A stretch of 63,326 nt of DNA, counting the filler, from Chiloscyllium plagiosum (lineage: Eukaryota): NCBI RefSeq assembly GCF_004010195.1. It is 4 parts of one record of this genome, joined end to end, with 100 filler letters (N's around TTAATTAATTAA, not from the genome) between each part and the next. Parts side by side here need not be neighbours in the genome. Positions count along the whole stretch, not along the records: positions 1 to 26,916 come from NC_057710.1; 3 more parts are not named here. One strand, given 5' to 3'. A program made the translations under genes and the position numbers. The notes under the pieces were generated by a model, which was not told where the DNA came from, searched no databases, and saw nothing but the letters and a program-made list of their open reading frames with translations. This document shows, in pieces, positions 12,002-25,069 of this stretch (positions are counted from its first letter, which is position 1; every line of letters starts with the position of its first letter).

Positions 12002-12113
12002 AACTGTAACAACATGGGGCAAACCCCCTGGTAATTTAAACCCGACACACAGAGAAGCTCACCTCGTGACATATTCTGTTAAATTTCAAGAGGCAAAGAA
12101 TATCCCAGATCTC

Positions 12114-15100
12114 TGTTTGCTTTCTCCTGTTCGAGAGCAGCGGGAGACAGAGCAGAGGTGATGTTGGAGACCAGGAGGTTGTCGGGAAGGTAAGGACTTC
12201 TGTTTGGGTAGCTGCTAAACCCGAGATACTACACGTGTAGAGTCTCCCTCTGGCCCCTCCCCATCCTCTAACCAGAAGAAAAGGACATGGTTTAGTTTTA
12301 GTTAGCTGATATAAAGCTAAGGCTTACAATGGCAGGGGACCTTAAACCCGTAGCATGTGTCTCTTGCTTGATGTGGGAGCTCAGGGACATAGCTGACGTC
12401 CCTGACTCTTACACTTGCAAGAAGTGTGTCCAGCTGCAGCTCTTGTTTGACCGCATGACGGCTCTGGAGCTGTGGATGGACTCACTATGGAGCATCCGCG
12501 AAGCTGAGGACGATGTGGATAGCACGTTTAGCGAATTGGTCACACCAAAGGTTAGAATTGTTAAGGGAGACAGTGAATGGGTGACCAAAAGGCAGAGAAA
12601 GAGTAGGAATGCAGTGCAGGTGTCCCCTGTGGTCATCTCCCTTCATAACAGGTATACTGTTTTGGATACTGTTGGGGGAGATGACTCGCCAGGGGAGGGC
12701 AGCAGTTGCTAGGATCATAGCACTGTGCCAGGCACTGCTGTTCAGAAGGGCGGGAAAAAAGACTCGAAGGACCATAGTTATAGGGGATTCTATTGTGAGG
12801 GGAGTAGATAGGGGTTCTGTGGCCGAAATGAGACTCCGGATGGTATGTTGCCTCCCAGGTGCTGGGGTCAGGGATGTCACCGATCAGCTGCAGAGAATTC
12901 TGAAAGGAGAGGGTGTACAGCCAGTTGTCGTGGTGCATATAGACACCAACGATATATTAAAAAACGAGATGAGATCCTGAAAGCAGAATTCAGAGAGCTA
13001 GGACAGAAAGTAAAGAGGAGGACCTCAAAGGTAGTGATCTCGGGATTGCTACCAGTGCCATGTGCAGGCCAGGGTAGAAATGAAAGAATAGGCAGGATGA
13101 ACACCTGGCTTGAGGGATGGTATAGGAGGGAGGGGTTCAGATTCGTGGGACATTGGGACCGGTCTGGGGAAGGTGAAGCTATCACAAGTTGGATGGTCTA
13201 CACCTGAACCAGACTGGAACTAAAGTCCTTGGGGGAGTTTTTGCTACTGCTGTTGGGGCGGTTTTAAGCTAATGTGGCAGGGGGCTGGGAACCAGAAGAG
13301 AAGACAAGTAAACAGTGAGGTGGAAACTAGAGACTGTAAGGATCATGAAGTTAGCATTACCAAGGGAAGAGTAGGCAGAGAGCAGATGAACACAAAAGAA
13401 CTGCTAGCCTGAAGGCAGATGAAGCTAGGGCTTGGATTGGTGCCTGGCTGTATGACGTTATTGCGATCACAGAGACTTGGTTGAAGGACGAGTATGATTG
13501 GCAACTAAATGTTCCAGGATATAGATGCTGCAGACAGGACAGGGAGGGAAATAAAAGGTGGGGGAGGAGACGAGAAGTTGCATTGCTGATCAGGCATGAT
13601 ATCACGGCTGTGCTAGAGGGATATGGAGGGCTTGAGCAGTGAGGCATAATGAGTAGAGCTGAGAAATGAGAAGGGTGCAGTTACATTGTTGGGACTGTAT
13701 TACAGGCCTCCCAACAGTGAGCGTGAGGTAGAAGATCAAACAGGGAAACAGATTATGGAAAGATGTAAAAGTAACAGGGTGGTGGTGATGAGAGATTTTA
13801 ATTTTCCAATATTGACTGGGATACACTTAGTGTCAGAGGTCTGGATGCAGTATGTCAATAGTCCGATGAGGGAAGGGGCCATATTGGACCTGGTGTTAGG
13901 GAATGAGCCAGGCCAGGTGGTAGAAGTTGCAGTGGGTGATTTCTTTGGGAATAGTGACCACAATTCTGTAGGTTTTGGAATACTCATAGAGAAAGATGAG
14001 TGGTGCTAAGAGAGGAGTACTAAACTGGGCCAAGGCCAATTATATCAAAATTCGGCAGGAGCTGGGAAATATGGATTGGGGCGGCTATTTGAAGGGAGGT
14101 CCACAGTTGATATGTGGGAGGCTTTCAAAGATAGATTTAAGATAGTGCAGGATAGGCATGTCCCTTTGAAAACAAGTGAAAGAAAAGATAAGATTCATGA
14201 ACCATGGATGATAGGAGAATTCGTGCGACTAGCCAAGAAGAAAAGGGAAGCGTACATTAGGTTCAGGCAGCTAATAACAGAAGGGCCTTGGAGGAATATC
14301 AGGACAGTAGGACCAATCTTAAACAAGGAATCAAGCAGGCTCAAAGGGATCATGAAATAACTTTAGTGAGCAGAATTAAGGAGAATCCCAAGGCATTTTA
14401 TTCATATATAAGAAGCAAGAGGTTAACTAGAGAAAGGGTTGGTCCACTAAAGAATAAGGAAGGAAGGTTGTGTGTTGAAACTGAGAAAATGGGTGAGATT
14501 CTGAATGGGTGCGATTACTTTGCATCAGTGTTCACTGAGGAGAGGAACATGATGAATGTTGAGATTATAAATAGAAGTTTGTTTAGTCTGGATCACATTG
14601 ACATAAGGAAGGAAGATGTCTTGGGTAGGCTCAAGGATATTAAGGTGGACAAATCCACAGGACCGGATGGGATCTATCCCAGGTTGCTGAAGTGGGGGAG
14701 GAGGAGGGGGGGGGGGGGGTGGGAGAGGAAGTAGCTGGGGCCCTGACAGATATCTTTTCAGCATCCTTAAACACAGGTGAAGTGCCGGAGGACTGGAGAG
14801 TTGCTAATGTTGTTCCCCTATTCAAGAAGGGTAGTAGGGATATTCCAGGTAACTACAAACCTGTGAGCCTGACGTCAGTGGTGGGAAAGTTGCTGGAGAA
14901 GGCACTGAGGGATAGGATCTATTTACATTTGGAAGGGAATGGGCTTATCAGTGATAGACAACATGGTTTTCTGCAGGGGAGATCATGCTTTACCAACTTA
15001 GAGTTCTTTGAGGAAGTGACCAAGTTGATAGATGAAGGAATGGTTGTAGATGTAATATACATGGACTTTAGCTAGCCGTTTGATAAGATTCCCCATGGTA

Positions 15101-16210
15101 GACTAATGGAGAAAGTGAAGTCACATGGTGTGCAGGGTATTCTAGCAGGGCATAAAGAACTGGTTGAGCAAAAGGAGACAGAGATTAGTAGTTAAAGGGA
15201 GTTTCTCAAAATGGAGAAAGGTGACCAGTGGTGTTCCACAGGGATCAGTGTTGGGGCCACTGTTGTTTGTGATATAAAAAATGATCTGGAAGAGGGCATT
15301 GTTGGTCTGATCAGTAAGTTTGCAGATGGCATGAAGATTGGGTGGAGTAGCAGAAAGCATAAGGGACTGTCAAAGAATACAGGAGAATTTAGACAGACTG
15401 GAGAGTTGGTGGAGAAATGGCAGATGGAGTTCAATCCGGGCACATGTGAGTTGATGCATTTTGGGAGAAGCGAACTATACTGTAAACGGAAGAGCCTTGG
15501 GAAAAGTTGATGAGCAGAGAGATCTGGGAGTTCAGGTCCGTTGTACTGTGAAGGTTGCTGCACAGATGGATAGACTGGTCAAGAAGGCATATGGTATGTT
15601 TGCCTTCATTGGACGGGGTATTGAGTGTAAAAGCTGGCAGGTCATGTTAAAATTGTACAAGATTTTGGTCCAGCCACACTTAGAATACTGTGTACTCTTC
15701 TGGTCGCCACATTACCAAAAGGATGTGGATGATTTGGAGAGGGTGCAGAGACGGTTTATAAGGATATTGCCTGGTATGGAAGGTGCTAGCTATGAAGCGA
15801 GGTTGAGTAGGTTAGGATTGTTTTTCTTAGAAAAAAGGAGATTGAGGGGGGACCTGATAGAGGTTCACAAAATCATGAAGGGTATAGACAGGGTGAATAG
15901 GGATAAACTTTTTTCCCCAGGGTGAGGGATTCATTATCAAGAGGTCATGCGTTCAAGGTGAGACGTGAAAACCTTTAAGGGGGATACACTCAGAAAGTAC
16001 TTTACACAGAGGGTGGTAGGTATCTGGAATGCTTTGCCAGCAGAGGTAATAGAGGCAGGCACGGTAGATTCATTTAAGATGCTTCTGGACAGATGCCTGA
16101 GTAGGTGTGGAGCAGAGGGATACACGTCCTTAGAAATTGGGCGATAAGTTTAGACAGTGCATTTGGATTGGCTCAGGCTTGGAGGCCCTGTAAATTATCT
16201 TTGTTCTTTT
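12114..16210 (+). mobile_element. Near full-length degenerate CR1 LINE inserted in the Gypsy 5' LTR
   Basis: ORF1 has a Zn finger (CVSC...CKKC) and SGNH esterase (IVIGDSIVRG). ORF2 has an APE endonuclease (DFNFP, SDHN) and RT (QHGF, KFADG, LEYCV.FWSP). Flanked by ATCTC at 12109-12113 and 16211-16215. Confidence 0.9.
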
Positions 16211-16829
16211 ATCTCACTTTTTAAAGTAAAAATTCACAATTTTATTCTTTAAAGTCAAAAGAGATTATTAAAACAACAGCTATTTACGACTCCTTTCCCT
16301 TAAACCTATCTTTTACCTCCCACTCTACTGTACTGGTCTGATTTTTAAAAAAACCCGATTAAGATTTACAAAAAAAAAAATCACGTTTCAAAACCAGCCA
16401 GCTGTCTATTCTCCTCTGGAGATTTTCCTCTGTGTTTTCCTGGGTTGTCTTTTCTTTGGTCTTCTGCTGCACAACTTTTCTTGTGGATGCGTTCCTTTCA
16501 GAGAGCTATTCAGCTAACAGTCTCTACTTGTTGGTAATTCTTTGCAGTTCGCTCCTAACTGTTCAAAATGTCCAATCTTATACCCCAAAACATCAGATCA
16601 TTTCATTACCTTGATGTCATCCCAGACAGTAATATTCAAATTTGATTGGATTTTTGTATCTGGGGCATAATTTAAACCAATTGGCCGAATTTGCATTTGC
16701 TTTTAATGTATGGCAACACAACTCCAGCTATTGTTTCACCCAAATGTTACATTTTTAAATTGTTCAGCACACTCTGTGCGTTCAGTCAGTCCTTGCTAGC
16801 TCCCTCTGCCTCTTAAAGGTACAGTACAC

Positions 16830-16959
16830 GGTGGGCGGCACGGTGGCACAGTGGTTAGCACTGCTGCCTCGCAGCGCCAGAGACCCGGGTTCAATTCCCG
16901 ACTCAGGCGACTGACAAGGGCCTGTTTCCACACTGTAAGTAATCTAATCTAATCTAATC
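16830..16959 (+). mobile_element. Internally deleted HE1-type tRNA-derived SINE inside the Gypsy LTR
   Basis: A box GGTGGCACAGTGGTTAGC, B box GGTTCAATTCCC, (AATCT)n tail, and TACAC duplication. Confidence 0.8.
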
Positions 16960-17016
16960 TACACATCTACCCCTTCATGACAATTTGGTAGGAAGGGTTT
17001 GATTAGGAGCAGTCAG

Positions 17017-17143
17017 GTAAAAACAATGACTGCAGATGCTGGAAACCAGATTCTGGATTAGTGGTGCTGGAAAAGCACAGCAGTTCAGGCAGCATCCAAG
17101 GAGCAGTAAAATCGACGTTTCGGGCAAAAGCCCTTCATCAGGA
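17017..17143 (-). mobile_element. Penelope pLTR-derived short insertion with a minimal hammerhead motif
   Basis: Minus strand CCTGATGAAGGGCTTTTGCCCGAAACGTCGAT. 12-bp duplication AGGAGCAGTCAG at 17005-17016 and 17140-17151. Confidence 0.75.
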
Positions 17144-17280
17144 GCAGTCAGCATGGCTTTGTGAATGGGAGATTGTGCCTCACAAATTTGTTACAGTTCT
17201 TTGATGAAGTGACCAGGAACGTTAACAAGGGCAGGGCATTGGCATCGTTTATATGGATTTTAACAAGGCCTTTGAATAAG

Positions 17281-17589
17281 ATTAGATTCCCTACATTATG
17301 GAAACAGGCCCTTCGGCCCAACAAGTCCACACTGATCCTTCGAAGATTTACCCACCCAGACCCATTCCCCAACCCTAAGTTTACCCCTGCCTAATGCACT
17401 TAACACTCTGGGCAATTTAGCATGGCCAACTCACCTGACCTGCACACCTTCTGGATTGTGGGAGGAAACTGAACAAACCCACACAGACATGGGGAGAATG
17501 TGCAAATTCCACACAGACAGTCGCCTGAGGTGCGAATTGAACCTGGATCCTTGGCGCTGTGAGGCAGCAGTGCTAACCACTGAGCCACT
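17281..17589 (-). mobile_element. HE1-type SINE
   Basis: Reverse complement of the SINE at 54448-54770. Confidence 0.8.
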
Positions 17590-19535
17590 TTACCACTCCC
17601 AAGGTTCCACATGGTAGGTAGTCTGGAAGGTTGGATCGCATGGAATTCAGGGTGAGCTGGCAAATTGGATACACAGCTGGCTTGATGATCGGAAGTAGAG
17701 GCTAATAGTGGAAGGATGCTTGTTCGACTGGAGGTCTGTGATTAGTGGAGTGCCTCAGGGGTCAGTGCTGGCCCCTTTATTGTTTGTTATCTATATCAAT
17801 GATTAGGATGAGAATGAACAAGGCATGATTAGTACGTTTGTTGATGACACAAAAATAGGGAGTATCATGGACAGTGAGGAAGATTATCAAAAATTGCACC
17901 AGGACCTTGATGAGCTGGGCAAATGGGCTGAGAAATAGCAAATTAAGTTTAATATAGATAAGTGTGAAGTCTTATATTTTGGAAAGTCAAATCAAGGTAG
18001 GAGTTTCATGGTGAATAGCTGGGCCTGAAGGAGTTTTGTGGAACAGAGGGACCTTGGAGTTCAGGTTCACAGTTCTCTGAAAGTGCAGTCACAGGTAGAC
18101 AGCGCAGTGAAGACGGCCTTTGGCACACTGGTAGTCATCAGTCAGGGCAGTGAGTGTAGAAATTGGGAAGTTATGTTGCAGTTATACTGGACGTTGGTGA
18201 GACTGCACTTGGATTATTGTGTTCAGTTTTGGTCACCTGGTTATAGGAAGGATGTTATTAAACTGGAAAGAGTGCAGAAGAAATTTACAAGGATGTTGCC
18301 TGGATTCAATGGTCTGAGATATAGGGAAAGATTGAGCAAGCTAGGACTGTTTTCTTTAGAGTCATAGAGTCATAGAGATGTACAGCATGGAAACAGACCC
18401 TTCGGTCCAACCCGTCCATGCCGACCAGATAACCCAACCCAATATTTAGAATATAGGAGACTGAGGGGGAATGTCTTGGAGGTGCATAAGATCATGAGAG
18501 GCATGGATAGGGTGAATACAATCAGTCTTTTTCCCAGGGTTGGGGAATTGAAGACTAGAGGGCATCAGTTTAAGGTTAGAGGGAAAAGAATAAAAGGGAA
18601 CCTGAGGGGCAACTTTTTTTACACAGAAGGTGGTATGCATATGGAATGAGCTGCCAGTGGAAGTAGTTGAGGTGGGTACATTAACAATATTTAAAAGGCA
18701 TTTGGACAAATACATGGACAGGAAAGTTTAGAAGGATATGGGCCAAATGCAAAGAAATGGGCTAAGTATGGACGGACATTCTAGTCGGCATGGACCAGTT
18801 TAGGCTAAAGGGCCTGTCTCCATGCTATAGGATTCTACAGCCCGAGTTCACCTCTCAACCTCCTACATTCCAGTGCAAAAAGTCCCAGCCTTTGTTTATA
18901 CCTTAAGCCTTTCAGACCTGGCAACGTCCTGGTAAATCTCTTCTGAACCCTCTCCAGCTTGATAATATAACTGGGCGACCAGAAGTGGACACAATATTCC
19001 AGAAGAGCCCTCCTTAGAGACATCTTGGAACCAGAGTTTGGATTTGGAGCAAATATTTCATGATAAGTAAGAGATCACAATTGTCAGAGGTGATGGCCCA
19101 GTGGTATTGTCACTAGACTATTTACTCAGAAGCTCAGTTAACGTTCTGGGACCAAGATTTAAATCCTGGCAGATGGTAGAAAGTGAATTCAATATATGAA
19201 ACAAATCTGGAATTATGAATCTACTGATGATCATATTGTTGGGAATGGGCTCACTAGAAAGGAAAACTGTCATCCTGGTCTGGTCGACATGTAACTTCCA
19301 CACCCCAGCAATGTAGTTGACTCTGAAATGACCACTCAGTTCAGAGGCAGCTAGGTAACAAGTGCTGGCCAGTTACCAGGGTAACTGGTATGTGGGTTAG
19401 TTTGATCTTAGAGTAGGATAAAATGTCGGCACAACATTGAGGGCCAAAGGACCTGTACTGTTCTATGTTCAATATTCTGTGAGTGTAAGTTGAAAAGCCT
19501 CACCACCACGCTTTGTTTTCAGTGCATTAATTCTA

Positions 19536-21864
19536 CAGTGGTGCCTCGGAATCCGAATTTAATCCATTCCAGGAGGCTGTTTGGATTGCGAAAAGTTCGG
19601 ATTCCGAAACTATCTTCCCCACAGGAAATAATGGAAAGTGAATTAATCCATTTCTCGACCCAATTAAAAAACATTTCCAAGACAGTTTTAACTGCAAATA
19701 CACATGGTCAAGGTAAAATAAGTAAATGACCTAAATATCAAGTAATAATAATAAAAACAAGAAATAAATGTACTAACATGAAAATAACTTCATTTACCTT
19801 AGTGAGGAGTGCTAATGGTGCATGTGGAAGCTGGAGAAGAGGAAGGAGGGAGAGGGTTTGAGTCACCTTCCATAATAACATCAGGTAACTGTGCTTCTGC
19901 TGTTTGCTGTCTTTGTCTCTTCATTGTCGTAACACTAACACCACTTGTAGAGGGCTGAGACTCACTGGACTGGCTTTCTTTACAGAACCACCTTTCCAAG
20001 ATTATCTGGTGTTGGCGACTTTTCTGAATTTTTCTGAAGTGGTCAATCACATTGTCATTGAACATGTTTATGCTCCTGTTGACCACTGCCTTGTTAGGAC
20101 ACCACTTTTCAACAATGGCCTGTGTTTTAGACCGCATGAAGCACAGTTCCTTAATTTCAGCACTGGAAATGTTCCCACTAGCTCCCTCTTCCTCCTCTGA
20201 AGAAACTTCCTCTGCCATTTCTTCTTGCTGCTCTTGTGGAGGTGCTGAAGTTCTTCTGTGGTGAGTTCATTCTTGTGATCCTCCACTAACTCCTCCACAT
20301 GCTCTTCACTCACCTCCAAGCCCAGAGACACAATAACAGGCACAACAGGTGGTTCTTCAAAGCCTTCAAAGTCTCTCCCTGCATTCAGGCCAGAGTTTCC
20401 TCCAGGCAGGGATTATTGTCCTCAGAGACATTTCCCTCCATGCTTTGTCTATGATTCTTAAGCAATGGAGGATATTATAAATGATCTTTCCAAAAGTCTC
20501 TGAGGGTCAGTTCAGTCTCGTTTATCACCTCAAAGCATTTCTGGAACATAACCTTGCTGTATAGTTTTTTGAAATTTGAGATAACTTGCTGGACCATGGG
20601 CTGGATGAGAGGAGTGATATTGGGGGGCAAGAACTTCACCTTGATGAAGCTATATTCACCCACCAAATCTTCTCCCAAGCCTGAAGGATGAGCAGGAGCA
20701 CTGTCCATCACAAGAAGAGCCTTCAGGGGTAGATTCTTTTCCTCAAGATAAGCCTTCACAGAAGGGGAAAACTCCTCATGAACCCACTCAGTGAAGCACT
20801 GCCTGGTAACCCATGCTTTCATGTTTGCCCTCCACATAACATTAAACTTGCTCTTCATAACATTGTTCTTTTTGAACGCACGTGGATTCTCTGAGTGATA
20901 CACAAGCAAAGGCTTTATCTTGCAGTCTCCACTAGCATTACCCCACCACAAGAGAGTAAGCCCGTCTTTCATTGGCTTATGGCCTGGTAAAGACTTCTCT
21001 TCCTTCGTTATATAGATCCTCCTTGGCATCTTTTTCCAGAAGAGGCCAGTCTCATCACAATTGAACACCTGTTGTGCCACATACCCCTCAGTGTTCACAA
21101 ACTCACTAAATTTCTTCATAAAATTTGCTGCTGCATCCACATTCGAACGAGCAGCGTCTCCATGCATAACAACACTGTGGATCCCAGTTCTCTTCTTAAA
21201 GTTTTCAAACCACCCCCTACTAGCCTTAGACTCATCACTATCAGCACTACTTCCAGGCACTTCTTTTTTAAGGTTAGCAGACAGGAGCCTGGCTTTCTTA
21301 TAAATTATGCCCTCAGAGATTGGATCACCAACCAACTGTTTTTCATTTTTCCACCTCCTCTATAAACTTCGATCTCTTAGAGGTCGGAGTCGTAACACCT
21401 TTTGCCACATCAGCAGCTTTTATCGCTTCTTTATTTTTCAGAATCGTGCACACGGTCGATTTCGGCATCTCAAATGTGGCAGCGAGATCAGACACATGCG
21501 TACCGCTCTCATGCTTAGCGATGAGTTCTTCCTTCAACTCAACTGTGTTCTCACGGACTTCCTCTTACTTTTATTTGCTTCACTGCTCTTCTTGGGTGCC
21601 ATGGTGAATGCACAAGGGTGATCATTTAAAAAACCAGCACAAATCAAGGTGAAAACACGAGGTAAACTAGTGATGGACACACGAGAGATGCTTTCACAAC
21701 TACTTCCGGGGACGAACTGAACAAACAATGTTGCGACCTGAGCCGGACGTGGTGTTCGGATTCTGAAAATGTGTTCGGATTTTAGGGCAAAATTTTCTCG
21801 AAATAATTGTTCGGATTCCAAGTTGCTCGAACAATAGGGCGTTCGGATTCCGGGGTCACCACTG
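19536..21864 (-). mobile_element. Full-length Tigger/pogo DNA transposon with a frameshifted transposase
   Basis: TIRs CAGTGGTG(A)CC.CGGAATCCGAA at both ends with a TA TSD. Transposase pieces: MAPKK.., ASRGWFENFKKR, FNCDETGLFWKKMP, MDSAPAH, QPMVQQ. Multiple frameshifts. Confidence 0.92.
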
Positions 21865-22005
21865 TATTGTCACATATGCTCATTTGAGTAGTGAAAGGTT
21901 TATGAGTCGACACTTGCAAAAATACTAAACTAGAACCTCTTTAGTTACAGATTGGTTACAGAGCAACAATGTCAGCAACAGGTGGCGCTATCTTAGGTAC
22001 AGAGT

Positions 22006-22217
22006 ACAGGTCGTTCTGCTATAACGCATGTTTCGTCAACGCAAATTTGCTGTGATGTGATTGACAAAGGGACGCTGTTTCTAAAGTTTTAAAACCATGT
22101 GTTGGCTATAATGCAATTAAACGCGCACACTTTAAGCGCTGTTTCTAAAGCACGATTTTTCTATAACATGGGGTTGCACAAGAATGTGACCATCGTTTTA
22201 TCGAAGAACTGACTGCA
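22006..22217 (+). mobile_element. Tigger-family MITE
   Basis: TACAGGTCGTTCTGCTATAACGC ... AGAACTGACTG; same family as 2500-2716. Confidence 0.6.
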
Positions 22218-23166
22218 TCTAGGTACAATCCTTCGTTACAGAAGAGAGAAATGAGGAAAGAAAAACATTGCAGCTGTACGCAGTATAATCATAGACCAGA
22301 AAAAAACAAGAATCAAAGTTAAAAAGACAAACATCACAGCTTCTCCACAGGTTCTCCACAGCAGACCACTACAAGAGGCCTCCATGTGCTCTGACTGCTG
22401 GCTGCTGCCACGCTCCACACTGTTATTCCGCACAATCTTTCAATTGCAGGGTATCTTCTGAATGTCACCTCTAGGTGGCACAAAGTAAGCTCATGTTATT
22501 CTCAAATGGTGGGAGCAGCCACCTGTGATGGCACTGCAGAATGTGTAGTAAATTACCCTGCACGATAAAATAAAAGGAATGCATTTTGAAGTTAACCTCT
22601 CTGTCTCTCTGTCTGTCTGTCTGTCTCCCTCTCTCTCTGTTTCTCTCCACCCCCACCCAGAGCAAGCCAATAATGCCCCACACCACAGGACCATTTCTGC
22701 TGGAGGTGGATACTCCCCTCCCTCATGCCCCTACACTCTCCCTCACCCCCATGCTCACACTCCAGGCCAACCTAGTACAGTTGCTCCTGGTTACCATTCC
22801 TTCATTCCCCGACACCCCACCTGTTTCCCCCGTGCCTCCAACCCCTGGTGCAGGCCAACATTCCTCCACACTGCTCCTTCAACATCCCATCTGACCTTTG
22901 CATTCCTCCCCCTCCCACGCCTCTGCCTGACTTCGCCCTCTGACATCTCATTGGTGGTGCCATCATTGGGCACAGATTATGGTCACCATTGATGCAGATG
23001 CTTCTCCTGCCTCTCCCCAAGAGCTCACTGGCTGTGTCTGAATGGTTGCCATTTTGTGACATGGATAATCACTCCAGTTGTTTTCAATAAAACTTATATT
23101 TTTAAACAAATTGTGTTGCCATTCTAGGAATGGCCTCCTCATGTGCCACAAGAAGTAAGCTTTTAT

Positions 23167-23900
23167 ACTCATAAAGTCATAGAGCTGTACAGCACGGAAA
23201 CAGATCCTTCAGTCTAAACTCGTCCACACTGCCAGATATCCGAAATAAATCTAGTTCCATTTGCCAATATTTTTAGACCTTTAAATTCTTATTCATGTAC
23301 CCATCCAGATGCCTTTCAAATGCTGCAACTGTACCAGCCTCCACCACCACCTCTGGCAGCTCATTCCATACACATACCACCCTCTGTGTGAAAACGTTTC
23401 CCCTTAGGTCCTTCTTAAATCTTTCCCCTCTCTCACCCTAAACCTATGCCCTCTAGTTCTGGACTCCCCCACCCCAGGGAAAAGACTTTGTCTATTTACC
23501 CTCTCCATGCCCCTCATGATTTTATAGATCTCTATAAGGTCACCCTCAACCTCCGACACTCTAGGGAAAACAGCCCCAGCCTTTTTAGCTTCTTCCGAGA
23601 GCTCAAATCCTCTAACCCAGGCAACATCCTTCTAAATCTTTTCTGAACCTTTCAAGTTGCACAATATCATTCTTATGGGGGAGACTAGAATTGCACACAG
23701 CATTCCAAACGTGGCCTAATCAATGTCTTGTACGGCTGCAACATGACCTGTACTCAATGCTCTGAACAATAAAGGAAAGCGTACCAAACATCTTCTTCAC
23801 TACCCTATCTACCTGCAACTCCACTTTCAAGGAACTATGAACCTCCACTCCAAGGTCTCTTTGTTCAGGAACACTCCCCAGGGCCTAACCATTAAATGAA
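23167..23900 (-). mobile_element. CR1/HER1 LINE 3' fragment
   Basis: Reverse complement similar to 40200-40937. Confidence 0.75.
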
Positions 23901-25069
23901 TAAGTGTATAAGTATACAGACTCCTACATCCCAGAATGAGACCATTCAACCTATCATGTCTGCACTGCTCACCAACAATCTTACCAATTCCAGCTGTTGG
24001 CCCAAAGCCCTCGCGGCTATGGTAACATGAGTGAATATCTAAACAACTGCTTAAATGTTAAAAGAGTTTCTGAGTCAATAATTCTTTCTGCCAATGAGTT
24101 ACAAACTCCTAAACACCCTCTGATTAAAAAAAATGCAGCACTTCTAGCTTTCTACCTCTTTCTTTAAGTCTATGCACTTATTGACCTGTTTGCTAATGGA
24201 AAACGGTGTCTTCCTAGTCACCCTCGTAATGTACACCTCTGTGTTGTATCACCATAGTCTTACCAGACCTCAGGCAAGGGGAGAGGTTGAGAAGGAAAGT
24301 CCTTCATGGTCACCTCAAGCCAGTGATTGGAATTAAACCCACACTAATGGCATCACACTACTCTGCAAGCTAATGATCCTGCCAGCTGAACTAAACCTGA
24401 GGCTGGAATTGAACCCAGGTCCCCAGTGCTGTGATGTCGTAGTGCTAACAACTGAGCCAATGTGCTGCCAAGTTACCAGAGGAACTCAGCAGATTTGGCA
24501 GCATCTGTGGAAAGAAAGCAGAGTTAACCTTCCCTTCTTCAGAACACCACCCTGGCCTATTCAATTTTCCTCATAGCTCAGATACTTGTTGAGAGTGAAA
24601 TGGGGGGGATGTGGGCTTGGGGTGGAACATGCTGAGTTGGTATAGATGGATTGTGCACTGGTTGGATGGGAACTGATGCAGAAGAGGATACTGGCAAAAA
24701 ACAACAGGCAAGGTGGAGAGGGAGCCACAGAGGTCAGGGGAAGTAACTGTGTGAACTAAAGGTGGGCTATGTGTGACAGAATGCACATTATAGCTAAACA
24801 GCATTATGTTTTTCATTTACAGCATTCTCTCTGACTCATATTCTTCCCCTATTAGAAGACAGTCAATAATTAACACACTTCTTGTTGTGTTGTGTTACTT
24901 GATTCTTCCTGAATTGTGACTTTGCATTGGTAATTGGATACTATATTTGGGGACACTGACTGAATATCTTTAGTGAATAAAAATTGACTAGATGGCACTT
25001 TAAATGCAAGGAAAATCCCAGGAGACTTTACGGCAGTGACATCTTGGATTAGCGTGAAAGTGAAGAGGC

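Larger units (their letters stand above)
7460..16982 (-). mobile_element. Degenerate Gypsy/Ty3 LTR retrotransposon, Gmr1-like, with nested insertions
   Basis: Two similar LTRs: 7460-8106, and 12005-16982 split by insertions. 4-bp TSD ATTT at 7456-7459 and 16983-16986. PBS near 11982-12001. Gag zinc knuckle CFHCGKVGHVKSQC, protease RDTG, RT PFGMKNAPATFQ, RNase H IDASD...YTDH. Confidence 0.9.
16983..18835 (+). mobile_element. Degenerate CR1 ORF2 3' part and 3' UTR (continuation of 6481-7459), with further insertions
   Basis: QHGF...[28 protein letters not shown], followed by the CR1 3' UTR. Confidence 0.85.
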
